From Raja brachyura (lineage: Eukaryota), in contig OY740789.1 of the NCBI GenBank assembly GCA_963514005.1, positions 28,148,001 through 28,212,000 on the forward strand: DNA of 64,000 bases, in the 5' to 3' direction. How positions within the stretch are numbered: the first letter of the stretch is position 1; the number at the start of each line of letters is the position of its first letter. Under the pieces are notes generated by a model. The model was not told the DNA's origin, made no database searches, and saw only the letters and a list, made by a program, of their open reading frames with translations. This document shows, piece after piece, positions 26,231 to 37,381 of the stretch. A program made the position numbers and the translations under genes.

Positions 26231-27313
26231 ATGGAGGAGAAGAGACAACTCTCTAAGAGCCGCGGGTCACGGCAATCTTCCTCGGGGCTGACCAAAGGAT
26301 TGGCAGCACCTGTTAGACCGGGGAAGAAGGTGTGGGAGTCGGACACTATGGAGTCGGTAGGGGCCGACTCGCCTCCATTGTTATCTGGAGGAAAGTCCGC
26401 ACGGGAGCAGGGGGAAGGAGACCCTGATTTTGTTCCACCGTCGCCCAAAGTCAGGGCTGGTGGAAAAAAGGCACAACGGGTGTCCTTGTGGTCTGGGAGT
26501 AAGAGCAGGGTGCCTCTGTCGATCTCACCCTCGTCTATCGCCAGTAGGCATAGTGAACGGATGGGGGATTTCGAAGATACGGAGGTAGATGACCAGCCCG
26601 CAGTTCCAGACGCTGAAGAAATGCTGGAGGCCGATGCGAAGTTTGGGAAACCAACTAGCGTTGGAGAACCACTACATCCCAAAATAGCAGCTACCATAAA
26701 TTATTTAACATCTCACCAGCTCCAGGAGAATGTTGTTGCCGAAACATTGGAGAAATACAAGGCCCCAGCAAATTGTGTGTCCCTCAATGTGCCAAAGGGC
26801 AACATGCCAATTTGGGGGAACATAAATAGCAACACCAGGGCACAGGAAGGCAAGCTCCAGAAAATCCTCAATTTACTGACGTCAGGAATCACGGCGTTTG
26901 CGAGGACATTGGATGGAGCAGATGTGCCCGAGGAACAGCAGGACGCATTAGCTCTCCTGTGCAACGCACAGTTTGAGATCAACTGCTTTAGAAAAAGCTC
27001 CATTCGGCCCAACTTAAACCCAAAATTTGCTGGGTTGTGCCGCACCTCCACCGCACCACCAACAACACAGCTGTTTGGGGAGGACCTGTCTAAACAGGTA
27101 AAAGACTTGGATGAAGAGGCCAAAATGGTGGAGCTTATGAAGCCACCTATGATGGGTAGAAGTCTGCCCTATCGGAGGCAGCACCCTTATCCTTCATTCA
27201 GACCCAGGTGGCAGTCGGACAGGAATCCAAGAACATATCCGACAAGAACCTACCAACCACCGGCTCCCCAACAGCAGTATCAACATCAGCAACACAACAA
27301 CCGTCTTTTTTAG
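26231..27313 (+). CDS. gag: DIRS gag-like ORF1
   Basis: First ORF of the element; region KYKAPANC..LNVPK..IW...LQKI...IRPNLNPKFAGLC...LFGEDL is conserved in the copy at 62446-62760. Confidence 0.8.
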   Translation: MEEKRQLSKSRGSRQSSSGLTKGLAAPVRPGKKVWESDTMESVGADSPPLLSGGKSAREQGEGDPDFVPPSPKVRAGGKKAQRVSLWSGSKSRVPLSISPSSIASRHSERMGDFEDTEVDDQPAVPDAEEMLEADAKFGKPTSVGEPLHPKIAATINYLTSHQLQENVVAETLEKYKAPANCVSLNVPKGNMPIWGNINSNTRAQEGKLQKILNLLTSGITAFARTLDGADVPEEQQDALALLCNAQFEINCFRKSSIRPNLNPKFAGLCRTSTAPPTTQLFGEDLSKQVKDLDEEAKMVELMKPPMMGRSLPYRRQHPYPSFRPRWQSDRNPRTYPTRTYQPPAPQQQYQHQQHNNRLF

Positions 27314-27410
27314 GGTAGGGCTCTCCGAAGCCCGCGTGGAAAATGCGGCAACAACCAGCATCAGCCCAAAGGCCGCAGAAGCCCCCATTCTCCAGACCCC
27401 GGCGGTAACC

Positions 27411-29356
27411 ATGGAGGTAAGGGGGTTTGATTCTCGCCATAAGGTAGCAGAGGTACCCTCACAGGTTGGCGGACGGTTGCGGTACTTTGCGGGTGCTTGG
27501 GGGAAAGTTACTGGAGACGTATTTATTCTACAAAGTATTCAGTGTTATGTGATAGAGTTTATTAACGACAAACTTCCCCCTACGCAGCATGTGCCTCATC
27601 ACAAGTTTGCGCTTTCTCAAAAAGAGATGAAGGTAGGACATGCAGAAATCTTACAATTGGAAACAAAAGGGGTGATAGAAAGAACGACACATGAGCCAGT
27701 TGAGTTTGTATCCAACATCTTTACAAGACCTAAAAAAGATGGTGGTTGTCATGTTATCATTGTCCTAACCCAGTTGAATACTTTTGTACAATACACCCAT
27801 TTTAAAATGGATACGTTTGAAACAGCTAAACAGTTAGTTAGCAGAGGGTGCTTTATGGCCTGCATTGATTTGAAAGATGCATACTATACAGTTCCTATCG
27901 CAACGTATCACAGGAAGTTTTTGAAATTTGTCTGGAAGGATCAGTTATGGCAATATAAAGCATTACCCAATGGGATTACGACAGCACCTCGGCTATTTAC
28001 AAAAATTGTTAAACCTATTATCTCCTCAGGAGATAATAGGAGACTCAGGAGACAAAATCATATTGTCATGGTGTATCTGGACGATATATTGATCATAGGA
28101 GAAACATTGGAATTGGCACAGCTGGCAGTTGCAGCTACTATATCTATATTTGAGGTGTTGGGATTTGTCATCCATCCAGACAAATCAAAGTTTAATCCCT
28201 CACAGGTTATGGATTATTTGGGATTCACTATTAACACGAATCAGATGATTGTCACTGTCCCAGCTGGGAAAGTTGCTGATATTCAAGAAACTTGTAACAA
28301 CTTTGCTTGCGCTGCGGTACTCACTATTCGACAAGCTGCTAAGGTAATTGGGAAGATTGTAGCTACATTTCCTGCTACACAATTTGGGCCATTACATTAT
28401 CAAAATTTAAAAAGGGCAAAAATTTCAGCGTTAAAATCAAATGCTGGACATTTTGACAGACCCATGCAGCTGCCGATAAAGGAAAAAATTGAGTTACAAT
28501 GGTGGACCAACAATATTAGTGACTGTTATAAACCCATCATTGTCTCAAATCCATCAGTTGTGGTACAAACAGATGCAAGTGCCCAAGGATGGGGAGCAAC
28601 TGATACTGTGTCCAGTTGTGGGGGAAGATGGGATGCTCATGAATTCACGCTTTTACAGTCACAAGGGATAAACTATTTGGCGATGCTAGGTGTTTTCCAT
28701 GGACTACGGGCATATTGCACAAATTTAAGTCATGTTCATGTCCGTCTTCAAGTAGATAATACCACGGTTGTAGCTTACATAAATCATATGGGTGATATCA
28801 GGTCAATATCTTGTGATGAATTAGTCAGCACAATTTGGCACTGGTGTATTGAAAGAAATATTTGGATATCAGCAACCTATCTTCTAGGGAAGCTCAATAC
28901 AGTGGCGAACACCAGGTCATGAGTATTCAATGATAACATCGAGTGGATGTTGAATCCGAAAATATTTGCTGAAATAATAGCTAATTTGGTACACCAGATA
29001 TTGACCTCTTTGCGTCTAGGTTGAACCATCAGATACCAACATATGTGTCTTGGGAACCAGACCCTGGGGCAGTAGCAATGGATGCATTTTCTCTCCATTG
29101 GGGGAAATGGTTCTGCTACGCATTTCCCCCATTCTGCCTCATCAGCCGGGTATTGCAGAAAATCAAATTAGATTCTGCTTCAGGTATACTGATTATACCC
29201 GACTGGCCTACGCAACCATGGTACCCGGTGGTCCTCCAGATGGTCAAAAGCCCATGGGTGCAAATTGCTAAATGCACTAATTTGGTTACGAACCCCGTTA
29301 TGGGGGAAATTCACCCGTGCCATCGCCACTTAAACCTGTTGGCTTGCAGGTTCTAA
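27411..29356 (+). pseudogene. pol: DIRS pol: RT, RNase H and adenine-methyltransferase-like domain; stop at 28920-28922 and frameshift at about 28985
   Basis: IDLKDAYY, LPNG, YLDD, TDAS, VDNTT; then DIDLFASRLN...YAFPPF...PDWPTQPW. Confidence 0.92.
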
Positions 29357-30267
29357 GAAGACCGCTTCTGGAGGCTGGGATCTCCTCTAGGGCCATGGAC
29401 CTCATCGTTGCATCATGCAGAGTTTCAACGAGAAGGCAGTACCTCACACAAATCAGGAAATGGGAGGCATACTGCGCAAGAACTGCTACAACCTATAACT
29501 CTGCTACAATCCCTGTTCTGGAATTCCTGGCGGGCCTTCATTACAATGAGGGTCTCAGCTACAGTGCTATCAATAGCGCCAGGAGTGCGCTGTCCTCATA
29601 CCTCAACATAGGTGTGGGGTCTAATCAACTGGTGTCAAAATTCATGAGGGGAGTGTTCAATACCAATCCCCCAAGACCCAGATATAACATCACATGGGAT
29701 GTAGGGGTGGTATTGACCCTATTAAGAAACTGGTCTCCCATGAAAGAGTTACCACTTAACAAGCTCACCCTCAAAGTGGTAATGTTGATGGCACTGACAA
29801 CGGCTCAGCGGGCAGACCCTGCAGTAACCTTCATTGTCGAAGGGTTAATTAAGCAGCACAGGCCAGGTGCAATAGGGTTGCAATTGGAATTCCGGGCGTA
29901 TCCCACAGACGCCACCCTCTGCGTAGTCACCCATCTTCGCTACTATATCCAAAATACCAGTATCATTAGGAAGATGGAACAAGGACTCTTTATCAGCCAT
30001 AAGAAGCCTCATCACCGGGTGACGGGTTCAACAATCGCAAGGTGGCTCAGGGAAGTATTGGATGCAGCGGGGATAGATACTAACCTGTTCAAATCTCATT
30101 CTACCAGGGCTGCATCCACTTCAGCGGCGAGGGCCATGGGGGTGCCTATGGATCATGTCCTCGCTACCGCGGGATGGGTCAGTGAATCCACATTTCAAAG
30201 ATTCTACAACAAACTGGTGGCCAAACCCATGATGTTTGCGGAAGCTGTGTTGGGAGCTGCTCCGTAA
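29350..30267 (+). CDS. DIRS tyrosine recombinase (short in-frame deletion after AQR)
   Basis: Catalytic R (TTAQR), HSTR, GW and FY motifs. Confidence 0.92.
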   Translation, partial: VLRRPLLEAGISSRAMDLIVASCRVSTRRQYLTQIRKWEAYCARTATTYNSATIPVLEFLAGLHYNEGLSYSAINSARSALSSYLNIGVGSNQLVSKFMRGVFNTNPPRPRYNITWDVGVVLTLLRNWSPMKELPLNKLTLKVVMLMALTTAQRADPAVTFIVEGLIKQHRPGAIGLQLEFRAYPTDATLCVVTHLRYYIQNTSIIRKMEQGLFISHKKPHHRVTGSTIARWLREVLDAAGIDTNLFKSHSTRAASTSAARAMGVPMDHVLATAGWVSESTFQRFYNKLVAKPMMFAEAVLGAAP

Positions 30268-30426
30268 ATTTGTTTATCCCTGAGTTAGGGGTCTTATTAT
30301 TTGTGTTATTCATTTATTTTTCAGCCTGTCCAGTCTGGAATGTATTAATAAACTTCCTCCATCAGAATTACGGCAGTGTGGCAGCATGGACGTGGTCCAG
30401 GGCGCGTAATCACAGAGCTTTGAAAT

Positions 30427-30538
30427 CTTCACGAAGTCACTCACGTGACTCCGAAGTAAAATAGTAAGATTAAACAAGAACTTACCAGTTTGAAGTTTGA
30501 TCTTTATTTTATAAGGAGTTGCCATGAGGGATTTCGTG
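30427..30538. other. DIRS internal complementary region (ICR)
   Basis: Reverse complement of right end + ATT + left end, i.e. the circle junction. Confidence 0.93.
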
Positions 30539-30999
30539 CCCTCCGCTCCCAACCCTTTATCATAAAGTTCAACTGATATAGTCAAGTTTTAATCTTACTA
30601 TCTTCGGGTTGTGATCTGTGATTCCACACCGCTGCTTTGAAGAATGCCGCGCATGCGTGTTGGCGGGGTCTTCACGAAATCCCTCATCGCAACTCCTTAT
30701 AAAATAAAGATCAAACTTCAAACTGGTTAGTTCTTACTGGTAATCTTACTATTAATAACTATCTGCACATTTAACTCATCCACCTTATTATGAATGCTCC
30801 TTGCATTGAGACACAAAGCCTTCAGGCTTGTTTTTACAACACTCTTACCCCTTATACAATTATGTTGAAAAGTGGCCCTTTTTGATTTTTGCCCTGGATT
30901 TTTCTGCCTGGCACTTTTACTTTTCACCTAGCTTACCTATTGCTTCTACCCTCATTTTACATCCCTCTGTCTCTCTGTTCATGCTCCCATCCCCCTGCC

Positions 31000-31943
31000 A
31001 CATTAGTTTAAATCCTCCCTGACAGCACTAGCAAACACTCCCCCAAGGACATTGGTTCCCTTCAAGCCCAGGTGCAGACCGTCCTGTTTGTACTGGTCCC
31101 ACCTCCCCCAGAACTGGTTTCAATGCCCGAGAAATTTGAATCCCTCCCCCTTGCATCATTTTTCAAAGCCACGTATTCATCTGCAGTATCCTCCTATTTC
31201 TACTCTGACTAGCACATGGCACCGGTAGGAGTCCAGAGTTTATTACCTTTGAGGTCCTACTTTTAAGTTTATCTCCTAGTTCCCTAAATTTGCCTTGTTG
31301 GACCTCATCCCGTTTTTTACCTATATCGTTGGTGCCAATGTGCACCACGACAGCTGGCTGTTCACCCTCCCCCTCCAGAATGTTCTGCAGCTGTTTAGTG
31401 ACATCCCTGCCTCTTGCACCATACAACATACCATCCTGGAGTCTCGTTTGAGGCCGCAGAAACGCCTATCTATTCCCCTTACTATTGAATCTGCTATTAC
31501 AATAGCCCTTCCACTCTTCTTTCTCCCCTCCTGTGCCGCAGAGCCACCAATGGTGCCATGCACTTGGCTGCTGCCACCTTCCCCTGATGAGCCATCTCCC
31601 CCAACAGTATCCAAAATGGTATATCTGTTTTTAGGAGGGAGATGACCGCAGGGGACTCCTGCACCACCTGCCTACTGCTACGCTGGCTAATGGCCACCCG
31701 TTCCCTTTCTGGCCGCTTAACCTGCGGTGTGACCAACTCACTGTACGTGCTACTCACGAGCTTCTCAGCTTCGTGGATGCTCCAGTAGGAATCCAACCTC
31801 AGCTCCAATCGTTCAATGCGGTCTGCCAGGAGCTGCAGCTGGACACACTTCCTGCAAATGTAGTCACCAGGGACACCGACAATATCCCTGATCTCCCACA
31901 TGTTGCAGGATGAGCAAACCATGGGGCCGATCTCAAATGACAT
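31000..31943 (-). pseudogene. CR1 ORF1 (zinc finger and SGNH/GDSL esterase), frameshifted
   Basis: CSSC...CRKC, VIADSIVRG, VVVHIGTND. Confidence 0.88.
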
Positions 31944-32027
31944 GGCTTGCCCTCAAATTAAATCACCTCACACTTTAAAAATCTTAATCCTTTAAACTAA
32001 CCTTTACTAAAAAGCAATGTACCCTTT

Positions 32028-32412
32028 CGCTCACTGGACCCTTTAGCTCACTGAACCCTTAACTCACTTTACCTTCAACTCACTGAACCCTTTAACTCAC
32101 TGAACCCTTTAACTCACTGAACCCTTTAACTCACTGAACCCTTTAACTCACTGAACCCTTTAACTCACTGAACCCTTTAACTCACTGAACCCTTTAACTC
32201 ACTGAACCCTTTAACTCACTGAACCCTTTAACTCACTGAACCCTTTAACTCACTGAACCCTTTAACTCACTGAACCCTTTAACTCACTGAACCCTTTAAC
32301 TCACTGAACCCTTTAACTCACTGAACCCTTTAACTCACTGAACCCTTTAACTCACTGAACCCTTTAACTCACTGAACCCTTTAGCTCACTTTATCTTTAA
32401 CTCACTTTACCT
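32028..32412. repeat. 17-bp minisatellite (aactcactgaacccttt)n in the CR1 5' UTR
   Basis: About 17 identical head-to-tail units plus degenerate flanking units. Confidence 0.97.
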
Positions 32413-33363
32413 TTAATGCAAACCAGGGGTTGCACCCAATCAGCTGCTTCCACCAATCAGCCGCCTCCACCAGAACACTTGTGTGGAATGTTACAGGTTT
32501 GGGTTCCTCCTCTTGCTCCAATGGTTCCTGGGCCTCTGTTAAAACAAAGCCCCGTGCTCGATTTTTAAACTCACCACCTGGAGACTCCTCCTCTTGCTCC
32601 AACATCTCCCGGTCCTCTGTTCTCTCCTGGGCCTCTGTTCCATGCGCCTATCTAAACACCTATTAAATGCCACTATAGTATCTGCCTCCACCACCACTGA
32701 CAGTGCATTCACCACTCTATGTAAAAAAAAGTGCCCCGCACATCACCATTAAACTTTCTCCCTCTTACCTTAAAGCTACTTCTACCCTGGGAAAAAGATT
32801 CTGACTGTTTCTCATAATTTTATAATAATTTATAATAAATATAAAAATCTGATGAAGAATATTTGGGGTACTTTAACTCCGGGTGTGAAGCCAGGGTGAG
32901 TGGTTTCTCCATCTGGAAACCTGGAGGGCTGAAGTATTTCAACACACTCTTGGTTAATTGCTCACCTGAGAGTGTTACCAAGGCAGTGTTTGGCTCTGAA
33001 CAGGCAGTCCAATGGCAGTCAAGGGCCTGCATTTGGTGTTGGATTATTGGTATAGCACTTCCTTGTTCCACAAAATTCCATTCATGGGAAGTCTTGGAAT
33101 TGACACCAGTCTCCTTCAAATTATAAATGTTATTGGTACTTCAGAGGTTTGGGTTGAGCTCCATCCAGGCAGCTCAAGTAGCACCCCGCACTGCAATGAA
33201 ATATAACAAATGCATGACACTTACAGTAGGTACTTCAGTTGTCTAACAAGTTAGGATTTCACGTATTAAATTAGGTTTTCAACAACTTTTGGTATATTAA
33301 ACGCATGCTGTAGTTTTCCCCAGTGGTAAATCAGAGGGATTACCAGAAAAATTAATTATGAAG

Positions 33364-33459
33364 GGGGGTTACACAAAAAGCTGGAGAAACTCAGCGGGTG
33401 CAGCAGCATCTAAGGAGCGAAGGAGATAGGCGACGTTTCGGGTCGAGACCCTTCTTCAG
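33364..33459 (-). mobile_element. Penelope-derived short element with intact hammerhead core and 15-bp TSD
   Basis: TSD aaattaattatgaag at 33349-33363 and 33460-33474; core at 33432-33459; nearly identical to 9148-9242. Confidence 0.85.
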
Positions 33460-35272
33460 AAATTAATTATGAAGTTAGGACACCCTCGTTCCAAGAGATC
33501 ATGATCCTGATTTCCTCTAATTTAAAAGCACAGTTACATCCTGTATGTTTACAGAGAGCAGTTTGCAGCTACCACATGTGCAGGAAAGAACTACAGGTGC
33601 TGGTTTAAATCAAAGATAGACAGAAACTCAATGGGACAGGAACATCTCTGGAGAGGAATGGGTGACATTTCGGGTCTCAACCCAAAACGTCACCCATTCC
33701 GTCTCTCGAGAGATGCTGCCTGTCCCACTGAGTTACTCCAAAGTTTTCTGTCTGTCACAGCTACCACATCATCGGCTGTTGGAGAGAGGGTCAACTCTGT
33801 TAGCGTATATGCTCCAAAGCAACACACAGGGAGCAACAGGGTTGCCATGGAGCAGAGAGGGTTTGGGAGTGGGGGGAGGTGAAGTAGCACATAGATTCAT
33901 GATGGAGTTTCTCCATGCAGTGGGCCAGCCCTCTTGAAGGGTATCGTTCTGAAACGCACCCATTCCTTCTTTCCAGAGATACTGCCTGTCCCACCAAGTT
34001 ACTCCAGCATTTTGTGTCTATTGTAAATTAAGGATTATCATTGGAATGGCATCCTCTGGTTTTTAACTACTTAGTTTCCTCCCTTTTAAATAATATCACA
34101 ACATTAACAGTCATCCAGTCCTTTAGTATAATTTTTGAAGCCAGGCGCTGGAGGCTCATTGATAAAGATATGCAAGATGTAAGACAACTAAAAATCAAAA
34201 ATCAATAAACTAAATATATGGCTCCACAAGATGAATTGTTTCCAGTGAGCAAATTAGATAAAGCATGAAACATTTGCTCGTTTGCAGAATTTCAATGATT
34301 TACAGTAGGACTACTTGCAAACAGTTCTACACTGAATTTCAAAGATCAATATAAAGGGTTTCATTACTTCGAGCTGCGATTCCTACTGTGATTCCTAATT
34401 AATGTGAAAAAATAAATGTTTTAAATTTGTTGACGTGAACTGTCTCAAGCAGATTTGCATTTTAGTAGTTAATTTCAAAGTTTATTATATATTATAGCTG
34501 GTTGAGTTACAACCAAGCCATGGATAGTGACAAGTGACATATAACAGCTGCACACAGTGTTAACCACAGACTAAGTTACTGCACCAAATAATAAGTGGAA
34601 GAATATACAAGTCAAGTTTCTTCTGAAATAACACGAGACATTAGTTAAAGATGAGGCAATGAGAACATGATCTGATCTGATTTATTGTGACTTCTCCAGA
34701 ATTTTCAAAGTCTGTCTTGAAATATATGTGCGCCTTCAGAAATTCTCCACGGTCATGAGGCAAAGAAATTATACGATTTATGGAACTTAAACGTTTGAAA
34801 TAAACTATTCAATCCACATTCATACAGGGGAGATTTATATTTGGACTATTTTTCAAGACTAAAAAATAGTTTAAGGAGATAAAACACTTCTTAATAATGG
34901 CCAATAGAGCTGCCTACTATGTTTCAAGGTTCAACAGAATATCCTATAATTCACATTACCACTGTAAGCTTTGACGGAAAATAAAGTAGCACTCAACATT
35001 CATTCATTAAATCGTCAACTAAAAATCTGTTGTTTTTTTATCCCATTTATCTCACCCAAGTTTTGAGGAATCTTATTATCTGTCGACTGGCTATTGTTTT
35101 TGCCAAGTACAGTTAAAAAATATTGCATGATTCCTTGCAAACTTGATGACCTGCACAGTACTATGTTAACATTAGTTCTTGCTTGCTTAGTAAAGGGATC
35201 TTTAGGCATTCAAGTATAATTACCTTTTAAAATAGGTGTTTTGAGGTTATCTTTCGATATTTTATGATTTTA

Positions 35273-35753
35273 TTTTTTAATTTTTTAAATATTTTTATTA
35301 GAAGCAATGCATGTTGCCAATGATATAACAGTTTTTCAAATACACATTTAACTTGTTTCAAAAGTTATACAAATATTACAAAATGATTTATATATGCTTC
35401 TATTTTTTTTTAGAAAGTAAAGAAGTGAAAGAATAGGTGTAGAATCAATGAAGATGGTGATGGAATAATATTGATTATGATTATATAAGAAAAAAAAATA
35501 AAATTAAAAAAAACAAAAAAACAAGACAATAAAAATAAAAATAAAAAATAATACAAGCAAACAATTATTATATAATTTTAAAAAAATGATTTCACATAAC
35601 AATATCTATAGAGACGTGTATACAAATCTCAAAATAGATAATTTCATCCAATCCTACAACCGGGCATTTATTGAGTACAATGCTGAGCTCAGCTACCCCT
35701 TCAGATAGTCAGTGAATGGAGACCATATTTGTTCAAAAAGTTCATATTTGTCC
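35273..35753 (-). mobile_element. 5'-truncated L1 (last ORF2 codons, 3' UTR, A-rich tail)
   Basis: DKYELFEQIWSPFTDYLKG* resembles the end of the L1 at 3100-3159; 16-bp TSD atattttatgatttta at 35257-35272 and 35754-35769. Confidence 0.88.
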
Positions 35754-37381
35754 ATATTTTATGATTTTACACCATGACTTGTGTTTCTCTGCTTTGTTGT
35801 GCTATACTGATCATTGTCCAGCAGTCAAAGCAGTCTGATGTTTATATTATAGTGGGCACTTACATTTTATAAATGCAAGTTAGACGAACAGAGCTCTATC
35901 ACACATGGAGTGGGGCTTATTGTTTTCGGAGCATGGAATGTCTCAGCAGACTTAAAAATTAACAGCATTGAATGCAAAGAATAAGCTGCTGGAAGAACAG
36001 CAGGTCAAGCAGCGTCTGCGGAGGCAAAGGGGTGGTCAATGCTTTGGGTCGAGCAGAGATCTTCCAGCAGTTTAGTGTTTGCTCCAAATTCCAGCCTATG
36101 CGGTGGCTTGTGATTCAACAGACTTGTTTGCTGAACAATATTATGCCTAACATATAAATTATTTTCCTCATAGTCGTAGAGTCATACAACATGGAAACCG
36201 GCCCTTCAGCCCATTTGTCTATGCCGACCAAGATGCTCCATATGAGATAGTCCTATTTGGCCCATATATCTCTAAAGCATTCCTATCCATATACCTGTCC
36301 AACTGTTTTTTAAATGACTTGATAATACGTGTCCCAACTACCTCCTCTGGCAGCTCGTACCCTATACTTACCTTTTCTTTCCTGTTCTCCTTTCTTTGTT
36401 GTTTCCCTGCATACATCAAACTGTTACAAGTTAAGTAAAATGCTAGACTCAGCGGGACAGGCATCATCACTGGAGAGAATGAATGAGTGACGTTTCGGGT
36501 CGAGACCATTCCTTCTCTCCAGAGGTGCTGCCTGTCCCGCTGAGTTACTCCAGCATTTTTTGTCTATCTTCGGTTTAAACCAGCATCGGCAGTTCCTTCC
36601 TTCCTACACACATTATGTAAAATTTTGCAAATTAAATTTTACAGAGTTGAAAGATACGTTCTGGTCATCTTCCCATTAGGCAGAAGATGCGTATGAATGG
36701 TTTGGAATTACATGCCCCAATGGTTTTTCCCATATCCTTCCATTGAGATTGACTGCTTTCTAAGAGATCTCTTTTCTTTCTTACAAACATCTTTGATTAT
36801 ATTAAAGTTGGCTTTGCAGGTATTAAAGAAAGAACACGTAGAAAATATTCATTTAAAATTTTGAATTTATGGTTTGAAATAATTTGTTTCTGCTCTCTAT
36901 GATCAATTTGTTGGCAAAGAAAATAGATTAAGGTATTAAATTCTCATTATGCAATAATTTCAATAGTTTGCATGATCTTAATTTATTCAGAAAAAGTAAA
37001 TATAAGATTAAATACATGAGCTGGTGCCTGACTCTAATAAGATTAATTCTAAAACTGTAGAGGCCTAATATTATAATGTTTGTCAACTGTGTAATATATC
37101 TATTGACAGTCTAGTGTCTATGGTGATATTGTGCATTATTGCAAAAAGAAACCCAGACATTTAAGCTCCATTAAGAACAAAAGACTTCTTGACATTAACA
37201 GATCTAAATTTAATTTAGGTAAAATAGAATCTGACTACACTGAAAAATTAATACAAGTTTAATAGTGCATTCTGTAAGTGTGCTGTAATCATGGAAAAAA
37301 AAACAACAGATAGAAAAGGGCTTTAACAGTTTCAATGCCAAATTAGAAGACTCTGGCTCTCCCAGTTTTATGTCATATGCC

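Larger units (their letters stand above)
26026..30753 (+). mobile_element. Full-length DIRS1-type tyrosine-recombinase retrotransposon
   Basis: Left ITR at about 26029-26085 is inverted at 30646-30680; ICR at 30427-30538 is complementary to both joined ends; ATT at both junctions; order gag, RT/RH/MT, YR. Confidence 0.97.
25895..32640 (-). mobile_element. 5' half of a CR1 LINE (5' UTR, ORF1, start of ORF2), interrupted by the DIRS at 26026-30753
   Basis: ORF2 start LCLNARSIHNKVDEL..IN continues across the DIRS as EYYIVGITETWL...GYSIFRRDR. Confidence 0.9.

Noticed and set aside
26158-27123. Antisense ORFs over DIRS gag
   Set aside because: Shadow ORFs expected opposite a GC-rich coding frame
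29317-30267. Prophage integrase with a Dam methylase (bacterial contamination)
   Set aside because: Both are standard DIRS domains enclosed by ITRs and an ICR and inserted in a vertebrate CR1
32028-32412. CRISPR-like array
   Set aside because: Units are head-to-tail with no spacers, there are no cas genes, and the context is a eukaryotic LINE
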